A DNA stretch of 63,771 nt, the filler included, from Octopus bimaculoides (Eukaryota), in the NCBI RefSeq assembly GCF_001194135.2. It is 10 parts of 10 records of this genome, joined end to end, with 100 filler letters (N's around TTAATTAATTAA, not from the genome) between each part and the next. Parts side by side here need not be neighbours in the genome. Positions count along the whole stretch, not along the records: positions 1 to 21,230 come from NC_068981.1; positions 21,331 to 25,143 come from NC_068986.1; positions 25,244 to 28,858 come from NC_068998.1; positions 28,959 to 32,850 come from NC_069008.1; 6 more parts are not named here. One strand, written 5' to 3'. The notes beneath the pieces are model-generated. The model searched no databases, was not told the DNA's origin, and saw only the letters and a program-made list of their open reading frames with translations. This document shows, piece by piece, positions 16,578-29,514 of this stretch. Numbering within the stretch: the first letter of the stretch is position 1; each line of letters starts with the position of its first letter. Position numbers and translations under genes: made by a program.

Positions 16578-18384
16578 TGGGTGTGTGCGCGCGTGTGTTT
16601 GTTGCTCACTTCGGATCTTCTATCTTGTTGATTTCTGTTAACAATAAAAACCACAACACTCAGCTCCGAATGTAGGGAATTGGAAAATCACATCCTATGC
16701 CTCATATAATTGAATTTTTGCTACTGGAATGTGCCTTGTAGAAGTATATTTCAATCAGGTTTGCCGTATTGGTAAGCTAGTGCTATATAATAAAACTTTT
16801 GACTTTTAATAAAGCCAGTGCATATGTAATACCAAAGATATGCAGTGAAAATTATTTTTTATTAATTCAAATATCAATGCACCTTTTCCTTCGTAAATTG
16901 TAGGTAATTAAATTTAGAAGTCTTCTGGATGACAAGCGTAAATACCGTTAGCACATTGACATTCAATGCAAGATCAACATTACCATTTTGATTACACATA
17001 CACTCGAGCATATACTCCTGCAGCACTAGAGTACTACAATATCTCTAACATCAAAGTGGCATGTGTTTTTCTTTCGTTTTCAGCTTCGTATTCGATTTAT
17101 ACTGTAGGAAAAACAGGCAAGAATTCACTCGTTTTATGAAGTATAGCTATGTAATATTAGCATAAAGCCACATAGAATAAATATTATTAGTAAACCAGGC
17201 AGTGAAGCGATCAGGACGGCGAAAGAAAATGAAATATAAATTTCTATAACTCTGTGATATGATCGCTATACAATATTTTTCATTATAACAGAAGATTTAC
17301 GTGGATGAAACAACACACACAAAAATAGAGCGAAAAAAGAAAGCAATCCACCAGAATAAATGCATTACGGTATCTTGTTCCATTCTATCGAGGTTATTTG
17401 TTTAAATATTCTCGAGTAGATTTTTTATATTTCGTAACTCTGGCTACAAGGAAATAGGAACTAGTTTCACTGGCGTCGTTTCAATCAATCATATTCCATT
17501 GTGTACTTACTTGTTTTACTGCAAGGAATCAATAACTTGCAATACACAGACTAATAGTCCGAAGAGTAAAAGTTAATATCTCGGCGGGGGATATCACAAA
17601 CGTGGTTTTTCATTTGAAGCGAATGTCATATACATATATTTACGTTACTACTGTTTTTGAGTAATGATGAATATCTAAACACATTATCCGCAAAATATAT
17701 ACGGCCAGTAAAAAAATATCAATATTTTACATGTGAAGTGTTGATTCTATTCGGGAAAATGACGGGCTTCCCGTCGCTATTTGAAACCAATTTACATCAC
17801 ATATATTGTTGAGGGTAAAATGGGCCCTTGTCTGTATCTATATATTATTTTTCTGCCCCTTAAAGTTATATAAAACCTGGAAAACTATTTGAATGGAATC
17901 CGACTATACATATTATATGGTAATTATAATATATCTTCATAAAACAGCTTGCAGCCTGTTTCTTAAGCAAACACATTAACCTTGAACGTAAAACTATACT
18001 TTGCTGTAATCAATTCCTGCAAGCTTACAATTTTTAAACTGCAGAATGATTTCTTTAGGGGCCTAGAATATGAATTGATTACTGCTGAACTAGCATATCT
18101 CATAGAATTCCATACAATTTCCTGCATATTTATAATTAGAAATATATGTGTATATAACTGAATGATTTGCAGAATGCATTAGCATGTCAACAGTTGATCG
18201 GGATGTGGCTGATTTATTGAAGAGTTGCAGCAAACAATTTCACGTTTGTTTTTATAGTTGGTCTCATTATTTACTCAAGCAGGTTGAGTATATCGCTGGA
18301 CTAAATTATATAATTCGATTGACCTCAGCTATTACTAACATACATTGATTTGTCAATCAAGTTATAATCATTTCTCCTGAGATT

Positions 18385-18575
18385 TTGCGGGGATAGGCCA
18401 GTCGATTACAATGATAAAGTGCTTGAGTACTTGATATATCGAACCTGAAATGATAAAAAGGTAAATTCGACCTGGACGGAATTGGGACGCAGACAGTAAA
18501 GATGGAAGTAGTGATCCTTAGCATCTTTTTAAGGAGTGCTAATCATACTGCCAACTCACCGCCTTTGTCAGGCAA
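18385..18575 (-). mobile_element. SINE family A, old degenerate copy
   Basis: Reverse match to Nin-type core and head (...ctgccaactcaccgcct). Confidence 0.55.
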
Positions 18576-18608
18576 CTAATGATTACAACAGGAAAGTTTG
18601 CATATATA

Positions 18609-19459
18609 TGAGGTCTGATCAATAAGTATTCGGATTGTTGTCATAGTAACAAAGCTAATGCACGAAGAGTGAAATCGCTTGGCAAAGATTGACCTTATAC
18701 TCTGTTATCTATGCGCACTAAAGTTTAGCGTCCTAGATCACATCCACTGTTTTTAACAGTGCATCGAAGGAAGATTTGTAGCTTTGACCATGACAGATGA
18801 TGTTGTCATGGTGATACCTGCTCATACAACTTCGCAAAATTGGAGAAAGTGTATGGAGAGAGGTGTATGAGCCGCACACAAGTGTACGAGTGTTCAGACG
18901 TTTCCATGAAGGCCGAAAAAATGTCGATATTGACGAACTTTCTGGGAGATCCGCAAACAACAGAACCGAGAAGAACATAGCATATGTGAGGGAATAACGT
19001 CGAATCCCCATCCATGAGTTAACAAAGGATGTGCAGATTAGTTACTGTTCAGTTCAGCCCTTTATCACGGAAGATTTGGGATTAAGACGGGTCTCTGTCA
19101 AATTTGTGCCAAAACCGCTTTCAGCTCACCAAGAAGACACTCGAGTTTCAGTTGCACAACATCTCCTTAATTGTGTAGAGAACGATGAAAACTTTATGAA
19201 AACTTTGTGTTGGCCTCTGAGCAGGTATCACCAAGCTTCTGGAAAAATTTGATTCTCTGCTCAACTTCCTCTGCCATGTTCAATACAACGATCACTCTCT
19301 ATCCACCTTCCTTCTAAACACTGCTGTAAACAGCAGAAGTGAACTGGAACGTGGAAACTTAGTGTGCATGCACCGCAGTGTTCAAGATCAATCAGCGTGT
19401 CTTAGTGCCTTAGTTTTGCTACTATCGCAACCGTCTTGATACTTTCTGATCAGTCCACG
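18609..19459 (+). mobile_element. mariner element, internally deleted
   Basis: TIRs GAGGTCTGATCAATAAGTATTCGGATTGTTGTCATAGTA / TACTATCGCAACCGTCTTGATACTTTCTGATCAGTCCACG; HTH remnants YGERCMSRTQVYE and EDLGLRRVSVKFVPKPLS. Confidence 0.85.
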
Positions 19460-19499
<40 letters not shown>

Positions 19500-19502
<3 letters not shown>

Positions 19503-21110
19503 AAATTACAGATGTTATTAAGCGTATGAAATGGAAGACTTTCTTTTACATGCTGGAGGACACTGCAGAGAACATATTCTATGGAATTAAATCAAAGAAA
19601 ATTCCCTGCAAAAATCAAAGGCTTTGAAGACTTCGATCCGGACCTGCTGATGCTCATGAACAAAATAAAATTTCGTAAGTATTTTAAAACTTTCCAACAG
19701 AAACTGAAAAAAGATATCAAATACATAAAGAGTTCAAACAAAACTCCACTTTTTTCTGATAAAACGAAGAACTTATATCTTGTAGAAAACAATACATATT
19801 CACGACTTCTACACAACAGCTTCATTAATAATTACTCTAAAGTCAGGCCACAATTTATAACGAAATTAATAAAGAAGCTAGCATTATCGCCACTAGACTT
19901 AAATTAGATTTTAAAAAAATAGAGGTCCTTCCAAAAAAGAAACCTTCATAACTATTAAAGATCATAAAATGAACTGCCTGTCTAATCCTAAATGTAGGCT
20001 TATTAACCCAGCTAAATCAGAAATTGGTATTATTAGTAAAGACATTTTAGGAAAAATCAATGCGAAAGTCAGAAATATTACTAGGTCAGTACAATGGTCC
20101 AATAGTTCAGAAGTCGTTCATTGGTTAAAAGCCATTAGGAATAATAATAAAGCGAGATCAACGCAATTCTATATCGTCGCATTCTATGCATCTATCTCTA
20201 AGTCTAAGAAACTGTTAGATGAAGCCCTCACCTTCGTAAGCGAATTTATAGAAATTAGTACACAAGATAAGGACATAATCTTAGGAAGACTTTTCTCTTC
20301 AGTGAGAACGCAGAGTGGGTCAAGACTACAGATACAGAGGGTGCTTTCGAAGTGAGCAAGTGGTCATATGACGGAGCAGGCATATGCAATCTCATCGGAC
20401 TATTCCTACTCGATACGTTGGGCAAGACGTTTCCTGGCGTATTATTCACCATTTAGGAAGTTGAGGCCCTAGCTTTAACCACTAAAGGACCAGCACAAGA
20501 TCGGTTTAGGAAGGACATTATACAAATAATGAAAACTTTCGGTTTTATAATAACTACAGATACCAACCTGACGGTTGTCAATTTCCTGGCTATATCCTTA
20601 GATCTAATTAAGAATATTTACAAACCTTATAGGAAGCCCAACGATAGTTATATTAATGTGTGTTCTTGCTATCCCCCCATATTGTTTAAATTTTTAGTTA
20701 ATAACATTAGCAAGAGAATTTCTAGCCTCTCCTCCAATAGGGATATATTTAATAGCGTTGCCCCAGTATGTAATAATGCTCTAAAATGTAGTGGATTTAG
20801 GGAAGAAATAACTTATACACATGTCACCAGTCCAATAATAAAGAAAAAAGAAACATAGGAATAGGAAAACTCGAAGTGGCCTTTAATATAGGTAAATATT
20901 TCTTAGCCCTTATAAATAGACCTTTTCCTATAAATCATAGTTATATATCAATCATAGTGATATATTAGCGCTTGCGTCTATTCTAGTAGACTCTCCATTA
21001 AATCTGGAGAGTCTACTAGAATAGATGCAAGCGCTAATATATGATTAATAAAAACAAGTGACATATTAATAAAAATCTGTAAAGGTACAACGATCCAGAT
21101 ATCTAAGTAC
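19500..21110 (+). mobile_element. Penelope-like element reverse transcriptase, decayed
   Basis: Successive ORF pieces FQQKLKKDI..FSDKTKNLY, NPKCRLINPAKSEIGIISK, FYASIS, VNFLAISLDL..YKPYRKPND, ISKRISSLSSN..F match invertebrate PLE RT motifs; clade not assigned. Confidence 0.8.
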
Positions 21111-21119
21111 CTAATTATC

Positions 21120-21199
21120 TTTTCTAATATACATATACATACATACATACATACATATATATATATGTGTGTGTGTGTGTATGTGTGTGTATAAGTATA

Positions 21200-21230
<31 letters not shown>

Positions 21231-21820
21231 NNNNNNNNNNNNNNNNNNNNNNNNNNNNNNNNNNNNNNNNNNNNTTAATTAATTAANNNNNNNNNNNNNN
21301 NNNNNNNNNNNNNNNNNNNNNNNNNNNNNNCATATACACTATATGTATGTATGTATGTATGTATGTATATATGTGTATGTATGTATGTATGTATGTATGT
21401 ATGTATGTATGCATGTATGTACGTATGTACGTATGTATGTATGTATGTATGTATGTATGTACGTACGTACGTACGTACGTACGTACTTACGTATGTATGT
21501 ATGTATTTACGTATGTTTGTATGCATGTATGTATATATGTATATGTATGCATGTATATATATATGTGCAGTTTCAAATCGTGTTTAGGTAACTTCTTATA
21601 TATTTTTCTGTGTTGTAATTTTTTTTCAAATGATTGTTTTCCATTTTTTTCTTAATATTTTCTGTTTTATTGTTATTGTTTTATTGTTTTTCATGTTTTG
21701 TCTTTTGTTTTTCGTTTCATCTTATTTCGTTGTTTTCCTTCTTCACATAGACTCCGTTAAGAAAATGTTAACGGTAAAGATGGGAAGCTGTGTTAAGTGA
21801 GTATAACGACAGAGAGAGAA

Positions 21821-21905
<85 letters not shown>

Positions 21906-22230
21906 TGGAAAGAGTGGAAGAGGGGAGAGAGAGGAAGAGGGAGAGAAAAGGGAGAGAGAGGAAGGGGTAGAGACAAAAGAAAGAGAGGAAGAGGTAGAGA
22001 AAAAGGAGGGAGAAAGAGAGGAAGAGGTAGAGAAGAAGGGAGAGGGAAAGAGAAGAAGAGGTAGAGAAAAAGAGAACGAAATAATGGAAGAAGGAGAGAA
22101 AAAGGGAAAGGGGAAAAGAGTAAGAGGGAGAGAAAGGAAAAGAGAGGAAGTGGTAGAGAAAAACAGAGGGAAATAGAGGAAGAGGGAGAGAAAGAAAGAG
22201 AAAAAGAGAGGAAAAAGAGAGGAAGATGGA
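21120..22230. repeat. (TATG)/(TACG) microsatellites and (GA)n-rich tract
   Basis: Directly visible. Confidence 0.9.
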
Positions 22231-22554
22231 GAGTTTCACATGTAATCTGCCCTCAGCGTTAGTCACTAGAATTCGTTAATATACAAACATGTGGACAGTT
22301 CATGAATGACACATTGACTGACAATGTCACAATTACTTTTAACTGCGGCTGAAATGTTTTCTCGTATTCCTTTTCTTTCTCGGGAGGAGCATGAAGAAAA
22401 CTCCAGATGTTAGGTTCCCTTTCTGAAACCTCCTTGCAACATCAAAAGACTGGTAGCTGGATGTCGATATGGGACAGCGACTGAAGTTTCCAGAAACTGT
22501 TGTGTCGGCATTACCGAGACCGGATATGATGCTGGTATGAGGAAGTTTGTGGCT

Positions 22555-22855
22555 TACTGGTTAGTGTGTTCGATAACAAAGATTTTCGATAACAAAGTCG
22601 TGAGTTCGATTCCCGGCATCGCGTTGTGTCCTTGAGTAAAGTATTTTATGTCACTTTGCTCAAGTTCATTCAGCTGGTAAGAATGAATTCTATCAGTATT
22701 TCAAAAGGCTAGCCTTCTGTCAGGCTGAATCACCTATGGTGAGGGTACGCATGTCTATGGTGTGCTCAACCCCTTGCACATTAATTTCATGAGCAGGATG
22801 TTCCGTTGATCGGATCAGCTGGAACGCTCGTCGTCGTAAACGACGGAGTGCCATT
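22555..22855 (+). mobile_element. tRNA-derived SINE family C (CORE/Meta-like central domain)
   Basis: B-box GTGAGTTCGATTCC, then GTGTCCTTGAG...CAGCTGG..AATGA; related copies at 52668 and 63425. Confidence 0.7.
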
Positions 22856-23085
22856 TAATGCTTTGATGTCAAAAGTCAAAAGCATCGAAATAGGTGGTTT
22901 TGTTAGAACTCTTAACTCCCGAGGTAGGCCGTATCGAGTGGGGAAATGAGAATAAGAGAAAGGAAATACGCTGAACTGATGGAGCTATGCAAAGGTAATT
23001 ACTGAGCAGCAAGACATGATCCCATCATGGTGGGATATAGAGGGTTTGATGGCCAGTTCCTCTGCAGGGCTAATAACTTACTTAT

Positions 23086-23530
23086 AAGGCGGCGAGCTGG
23101 CAGAATCGTTAGCAGACCGGGCGAAATGCTTAGTGGCATTTCGTCTGTCATTACGTTCTAAGTTCGAATTCCACCGAAGTTCACTTTGCCTTTTATCATT
23201 TCAGGGTCATTAAATTAAGTACCAGCTGCGTACTGGGGTCGATCTAATCGACTGTCCCCTTCCCACAAAATTTCGGGCCTTGTTTTCTAGAGTAGAAAAG
23301 AATATATTAGCTAGAAAGACAGCGAGCTGGCAGAAACTTTAGCACGCCAGGCGAAATACTTAACGGTATTTCATCTGTCTTTACGTTCTGAGTTCAAGTT
23401 CTGCCGAGGTCGACTTTGCATTTCATCTTTTCGGGGTCGATAAATTAAGTACCAGTTGCGTACTGGAGTCGATCTAATCAACTGTCGACTCCCCACACAT
23501 TTCGGGCCTTGTGCCTAGAGTAGAAAAGAG
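23086..23530 (+). mobile_element. Two head-to-tail copies of SINE family A (23086-23302, 23316-23530)
   Basis: Both have head, Nin-type core and CCTAGAGTAGAAAAGA-type tail. Confidence 0.85.
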
Positions 23531-24080
23531 TAACTTGTTTATCATGAAAGGGGCCAGTAGGCGAAGTGGCCTTCACGTTGGCTTTGGAGGCAGCGGAGGT
23601 TGCTTCAAGGTGGCTGTGAACCAGTTGGTGTGAACCCTGGAAGGGTATGTGCTACCAAGGGATAGTAGATTACTGAACACACGATGAATCTTGATCAGCC
23701 TGGGTCGGGTAACCAGAGTGAGGTAGAAAGACCCCAAACGCCTAGTAACTTCAGAACGCATCACCGATGATGTGTCCAGCTGCCTCATAGGGTGATATAA
23801 GGGAATACTAGCATCGTATTGTAGAAAGGAGAGCCCTGTTCGGATTGGAAAGAAAATATTTATTATATTCATAACAAAGAAGACATAAAATACAAGAAAA
23901 CCACCTGAGAAATCTTTAGGCAGATCTGACTTTCCATCAAGATTTTTATCAATGTTTACAAATATTTTTCGAATATTTTTTTCATTTCTATGTACAAACC
24001 ATCAAGAGGTTTATCAATACTTCAAATATTCATGTCTACTTTTAGATACATTTCCACTCGTGTAAATATGTATATATAAG

Positions 24081-24490
24081 TGCAGACGTGGCTGCGTTGT
24101 ATGAAGCTTGCTACCAACCACATGGCTCCAGGTTCAGTCCTTCTGCGTGACACCTTGGGCAAGTGTCTTCTACTATAACCTCGGGCCGATCAAAGTCCTG
24201 TGAGTGGATTTGGTAAACAGAAACTGAAAGAAGCCCGTCGTATATATATATATATATACATGTATGTATGTATGTATGTATACGTTTGTGTGTCTGCGTT
24301 TGCCCCACCCCCATCGTTTGACAACCCATATTGGTGTGTTTATGTGTCCCTAGCTTAGCGGTTCCGCAGTAGAGAACGATAAAATAAATACCAGGCTTAC
24401 GAAAAATAGGTTCTGGGTTCAATTTGTTCGAATAAAGGCGATGCTCCAGCATGGCCACAGTAAAATAAATGAAACAAATAAAAGAATAAA
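24081..24490 (+). mobile_element. SINE family B, full length
   Basis: tRNA-like head, central domain, internal TA/GT microsatellite, 3' tail ending GGCGATGCTCCAGCATGGCCACAG...TGAAACAAATAAAAG. Confidence 0.85.
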
Positions 24491-24513
24491 AAACACACGC
24501 ACGCACACGCACA

Positions 24514-24557
<44 letters not shown>

Positions 24558-24899
24558 GAACATCCTTTCCAACCGTTTGGTTTTGGTTTCAGTCCAACTG
24601 TCCGTCACCTTGGCCAAATAGCTCCGGGCCTACAAAAAGACTTTGGTAGATTCGGTAGACGAAGTATCATTGTGTTTCTGTTATTTGTCCCCTATCACTG
24701 GTGCTGGTGAGTTTACGACCCGTAACTCTAAACTTTGGCAAACATATATTCGCTTGATATATTTCCCAAATGAAACATTTTAATATACAAAATATACTTC
24801 ACATTATTACATATACTATACGTTAATGCAAAAAATATCTTCCAAATGATCATCCCGTCAGTGGAAAGTTAAATACCAGCTTGCTAAGGCAGTTACAAA

Positions 24900-25143
24900 A
24901 GGCTATCATGACCAAGCGCCCAGAATAACTGAAGAACGGGGTTTTGCTTCATTAGGACAATGGTTCAGCATACAAGTCCTTGCTTTCATTGGCTGCTGTA
25001 CGTGACTGACTTTGAACTGGTTGATCACCTTCCCTATGTTAGTGACTTGGTTCCATCTGATTATCGGCTGTTTCCCAACATGAAAAGACACTCAGCTGCG
25101 CACCAGTGTCACTGTGAGGATGACTATTATGACCTACAAGATA
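24900..25143 (+). mobile_element. mariner transposase C-terminal fragment
   Basis: QDNGSAYKS and DHLPYVSDLVPSDYRLFPNMK (HPPYSPDLAPSDY.LF consensus). Confidence 0.8.
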
Positions 25144-25243
25144 NNNNNNNNNNNNNNNNNNNNNNNNNNNNNNNNNNNNNNNNNNNNTTAATTAATTAAN
25201 NNNNNNNNNNNNNNNNNNNNNNNNNNNNNNNNNNNNNNNNNNN

Positions 25244-25301
<58 letters not shown>

Positions 25302-25640
25302 AGATAGATATAGATATAATAACGTATGTAGACAGAATAATATGTATATGTACAAACAGACACACACATACGCACACATCACACATACTTGCATAGGTAC
25401 ATACAAAGATATATATATATATACACACACACATATATATACATACATATATATACATATGTATATATATACATATATATATATTTACATAAAGACACAT
25501 ACACACACACATACACACATATATATACATGCATGCATACACACATACATACATACATACATACATACATACATACATACATACATACACACACATACAT
25601 AGTTTAGACACAACTAACAATTTGGCTTTTATTAAACTAC

Positions 25641-25851
25641 TCAGGAATCAAGAAGGACAACCAACCGATGTTGTTCTGTCTGTAGTTCCTGCAAGACTAA
25701 CCAAACCGAATCATCAGATGTACAGATCGACTGTATCCTTAGGGAGAAAAAAAAACAAAGACAAAAAGAAACACAATGCACAGATGGTGGAGTAGGGAGG
25801 GAGACACCCATGTTTCTGCAACATTTACGTTCGTTCCTTGTCTGTAGACAT
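25641..25851 (-). CDS. Candidate two-exon small ORF (25851-25829 joined to 25737-25641), 39 aa, unverified
   Basis: ATG with A at -3, GTAAAT donor, 91-nt intron with strong pyrimidine tract and TAAG acceptor, phases match, AATAAA 8 nt after stop; no certain homology. Confidence 0.3.
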
Positions 25852-26682
25852 CTTGCTTGTCTTTCAATCAAATTATGTTTATTTTTTGCTTAAGAAAATA
25901 TATTGGAAAGGACATTTTTGTCCTGGAGTACAATAAAGGGAGGAAAAAAACTGTCTCGGACATGAAGAAACTGGTTAAAATAAGAAACACAAATAGACAA
26001 CGCGAAACACGAACGAAATGTTCTAGTGTTAGTTTTTTGCATTGTTCTAATGTGAATGACCGATAGGCGGCGTTTCGGTGGAGGTTGTGTAGTGTAAGGG
26101 GGCGGTACAAGGCGAATGAGGGGGTAGTTTGTTTCTAAATTGGAAGAGAAGGTTCGTGATGACGGTGGTCATGTTAGTGGAGGTGGTGCTAGTGGTAGTA
26201 GTAGTGGTGGTGGTGGTAATGCTGGTGGTAGTACATGTGGTAGTACATGCGAAGCTGGCGGCGCAACGGCGGTGGTGTTTGCCGTAATGAGGTGACAATG
26301 TAATAACGTTTTGACAATTCGGTTAGCTGATGATAACTTAACTGTGGTGATGTTGGGAGAGGCAGGTTCGTAGTAGTNNNNNNNNNNNNNNNNNNNNNNN
26401 NNNNNNNNNNNNNNNNNNNNNNNNNNNNNNNNNNNNNNNNNNNNNNNNNNNNNNNNNNNNNNNNNNNNNNNNNNNNNNNNNNNNNNNNNNNNNNNNNNNN
26501 NNNNNNNNNNNNNNNNNNNNNNNNNNNNNNNNNNNNNNNNNNNNNNNNNNNNNNNNNNNNNNNNNNNNNNNNNNNNNNNNNNNNNNNNNNNNNNNNNNNN
26601 NNNNNNNNNNNNNNNNNNNNNNNNNNNNNNNNNNNNNNNNNNNNNNNNNNNNNNNNNNNNNNNNNNNNNNNNNNNNNNNNNN

Positions 26683-26684
26683 TA

Positions 26685-26716
<32 letters not shown>

Positions 26717-26784
26717 CATATGCACCTATGTATACACACACACACACATATATGTGTGTGTGTGTGTGTGTGTATGCATAAAGT

Positions 26785-26858
<74 letters not shown>

Positions 26859-27019
26859 AAACAGACAGTCAGAGGTAGAGAGAGAAGGAGAGAAAAAGAA
26901 AATTAAGGCGGGCGGATAAACGGACAGACATACGTACTGACAGACATGCTGAGAGAGACACACAGACAGGCAAATAGTTAAATAGATTGATCGATAGACC
27001 GATAGACAGATAGAAAGAC

Positions 27020-27068
<49 letters not shown>

Positions 27069-27112
27069 CATTTCTTTTATTAGCCACACAGACCTAAACA
27101 AAGATGGGACAA

Positions 27113-27181
<69 letters not shown>

Positions 27182-28067
27182 GTAGTATGCAGATTTAAAC
27201 TCGTAGAGACAGACACTGAACAAGGAAATTGAAGTTGAAATAAAAGTGAATGTCAAATGGGGGAAACAAAATTGTGAAAGAAAGAGAATACTGAAAGAAA
27301 TAAAGAAAGAAATGAGAAACAAAGGGAAATGAATACAGGATATGTGGTGGTGGTGGTGGTGGTGGTAGAGGGAGACTGAAGAAATATAAGGAAGGAATAT
27401 GTAAAGGAAGGAATAAAAAAGGGAAAGAATACAGAAAGAATCGGAAATAGGAAGAAGGGAATGAAAGTGAAAGGGAGGATGGAAGGAAGGAAGAGAGGGA
27501 TGAAGAAAGGGAGGGAGGGAGGAAGAAGCGAGTGAAGGAAGGAAGGATGAAAAGAAGGAAATGAAAGAAAGGAAGGAAGGAATGGTGGAAGAAAGGAAGG
27601 GAGGAAAGAAGATAGAGAGGAAGAATACAGAAAGAATCGAAAACGGGAAGAAGGGTATGAAAGAGGAAGGAAGGAAGGATGGGAGGAAAGAAGAAAGTGA
27701 GGGGGAAGAAAGGGTGGAAGAGTGAGAGGGAGGGAGGAAGGAAGGAAGGGAAGGAGGAAGGAAGGAAAGAACGGAGGGAGGGAAGAAGCGAATGAAGGAA
27801 GGATGGAAAGAAGGAAATGAAAGAAGGAAGAAAGGAAGGAATGGAGGAAGAAAGGAAGGGAGGAAAGAAGATAAAGAGGAAGAATACAGAAAGAATCGAA
27901 AACAGGAAGAAGGGAACGAAAGAGGAAGGAAGGAAGGATGGGAGGAAGGAAAGAAAGAAGGAAGTGAAAGGAAGGAAGGAAGGAATGGAGGGAGAAAGGG
28001 ATGAAGGAAAGAAGATAAGGAGGAGGTAAATAAGATAGGAAGAAAGGAAGGAAAAAAGAAGGAAGGA

Positions 28068-28123
<56 letters not shown>

Positions 28124-28160
28124 ACGCAGAAAGGAAGGAAGGAAGGAAGAATTGAAAAGC
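26683..28160. repeat. (GA)n, (GATA)n and a long GGAA/GAAA polypurine tract with higher-order repeats
   Basis: Directly visible; block GAAGAATACAGAAAGAATCG recurs at about 27425, 27620 and 27880. Confidence 0.95.
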
Positions 28161-28809
28161 ACATGAAATAAGGGAATCCAACATTAAGGAATCTGTTGAA
28201 TGCAATAACGATACGACAGAAGAATGAAAGAAAGGAAGGAATAAAGAATGAAGGAGGGACATAACATGAAACAAACGAATGATTTTGAATTGAGAATTAG
28301 TGGAATTGGTAAAAGGGGAATGAAGAAATGGGGAAATTTTAAAAGTCTTAAATTTTAGGAATGAGCAGACGAAATTACAATACGATAAAAAAAAAAATGG
28401 AATGAAGCAGCTGAAGAATGAAAAAGCAAAGAAAAGAAACGGTAAATGATTGATGAAAAAAAAAAAAGGAAAAATAAAACAGAAATAAAATTCTAAAGAA
28501 GAATCATAAAATGTTTATGGCGTCAGAACTTGATGAAAATAATTGGGATATTGTTTGTAGGTGCGACATTGGTTGATGGTAGATGTACTTTTGGTATTTA
28601 GTAGGTAGGTATAGTGGCGGCGGGGGTGAGGTTGATGGTGGTATTGGAATGGTTAGATAGATAGCTAGAGGGAGATAGAGAGGGGGAGAGAGGGAGAGAT
28701 ATATATAGATAGCTTGAAGGGAGTATGTATGTATGAACGCATATATGTGTAAGCATATACATATATATATATACATATCTATATCAATCAATCTATCTAT
28801 CTATCTATC

Positions 28810-28858
<49 letters not shown>

Positions 28859-29007
28859 NNNNNNNNNNNNNNNNNNNNNNNNNNNNNNNNNNNNNNNNNN
28901 NNTTAATTAATTAANNNNNNNNNNNNNNNNNNNNNNNNNNNNNNNNNNNNNNNNNNNNCATCAAGCTCTGTACTTATCTCTCTCTCTCTCGCAATCTTCT
29001 TTTCCAG

Positions 29008-29121
29008 GTGCTTCGTGATGACATTGATTCTGACCTTAGTGGTCACTACAAGGACATGTGTCTCTCCCTTTTGGACCCCTTTATAACGTATGACTGCAAG
29101 GAACTCAACCGAGCTGTCAGA
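29008..29121 (+). CDS. Annexin exon (114 bp): end of repeat I, start of repeat II
   Basis: ttccag|GTG...AGA|gtgagt; VLRDDIDSDLSGHYKDMCLSLLDPFITYDCKELNRAVR. Confidence 0.95.
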
Positions 29122-29172
29122 GTGAGTAACCACTGTTGTTGTTGTTGTTGTTGTTGTTGCTGTTGTATATGC

Positions 29173-29338
29173 GACAGGCTTCTTTCAGTTTCCACCTACC
29201 AAATCCACTCACAAGGCTTTGGTCAGCCCGAGGCTATAGTAGAAGACACTCGCCGAAGGTGTCACGCAGTGGGACTGAACCCGGAACCATGCGGTTCGTA
29301 AGCAAGCTACTTACCACACAGCCACTCCTACGCCTGTA
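29173..29338 (-). mobile_element. SINE family B 5' half in annexin intron
   Basis: Reverse complement of the family B head and central domain. Confidence 0.85.
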
Positions 29339-29514
29339 CATGTGCGGCTTGCTGGGCGCTTTTTTTTTTTTTTTTGCATTGCACCAACACTAGAGGGGTT
29401 GTCATGGCCATCAGCACACCTAAAGCAACTGCTGTCACTACACCACCACCACCTTCACCACCATCACTCCATCTAATCTCTCTTTCTCCTCCTCTACATC
29501 TATTTCATCATCAG

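Noticed and set aside
21275-21286. TTAATTAATTAA motif recurring inside 100-bp N gaps (also near 25188, 28903, 32895, 49349, 54928, 57367, 59914, 62206)
   Set aside because: Artificial scaffold-join marker with stops in all frames; not biological
21790-22176. Glu/Arg/Lys-rich 128-aa ORF (and similar ORFs at 27792-28029)
   Set aside because: Translation of GA/GGAA polypurine tracts
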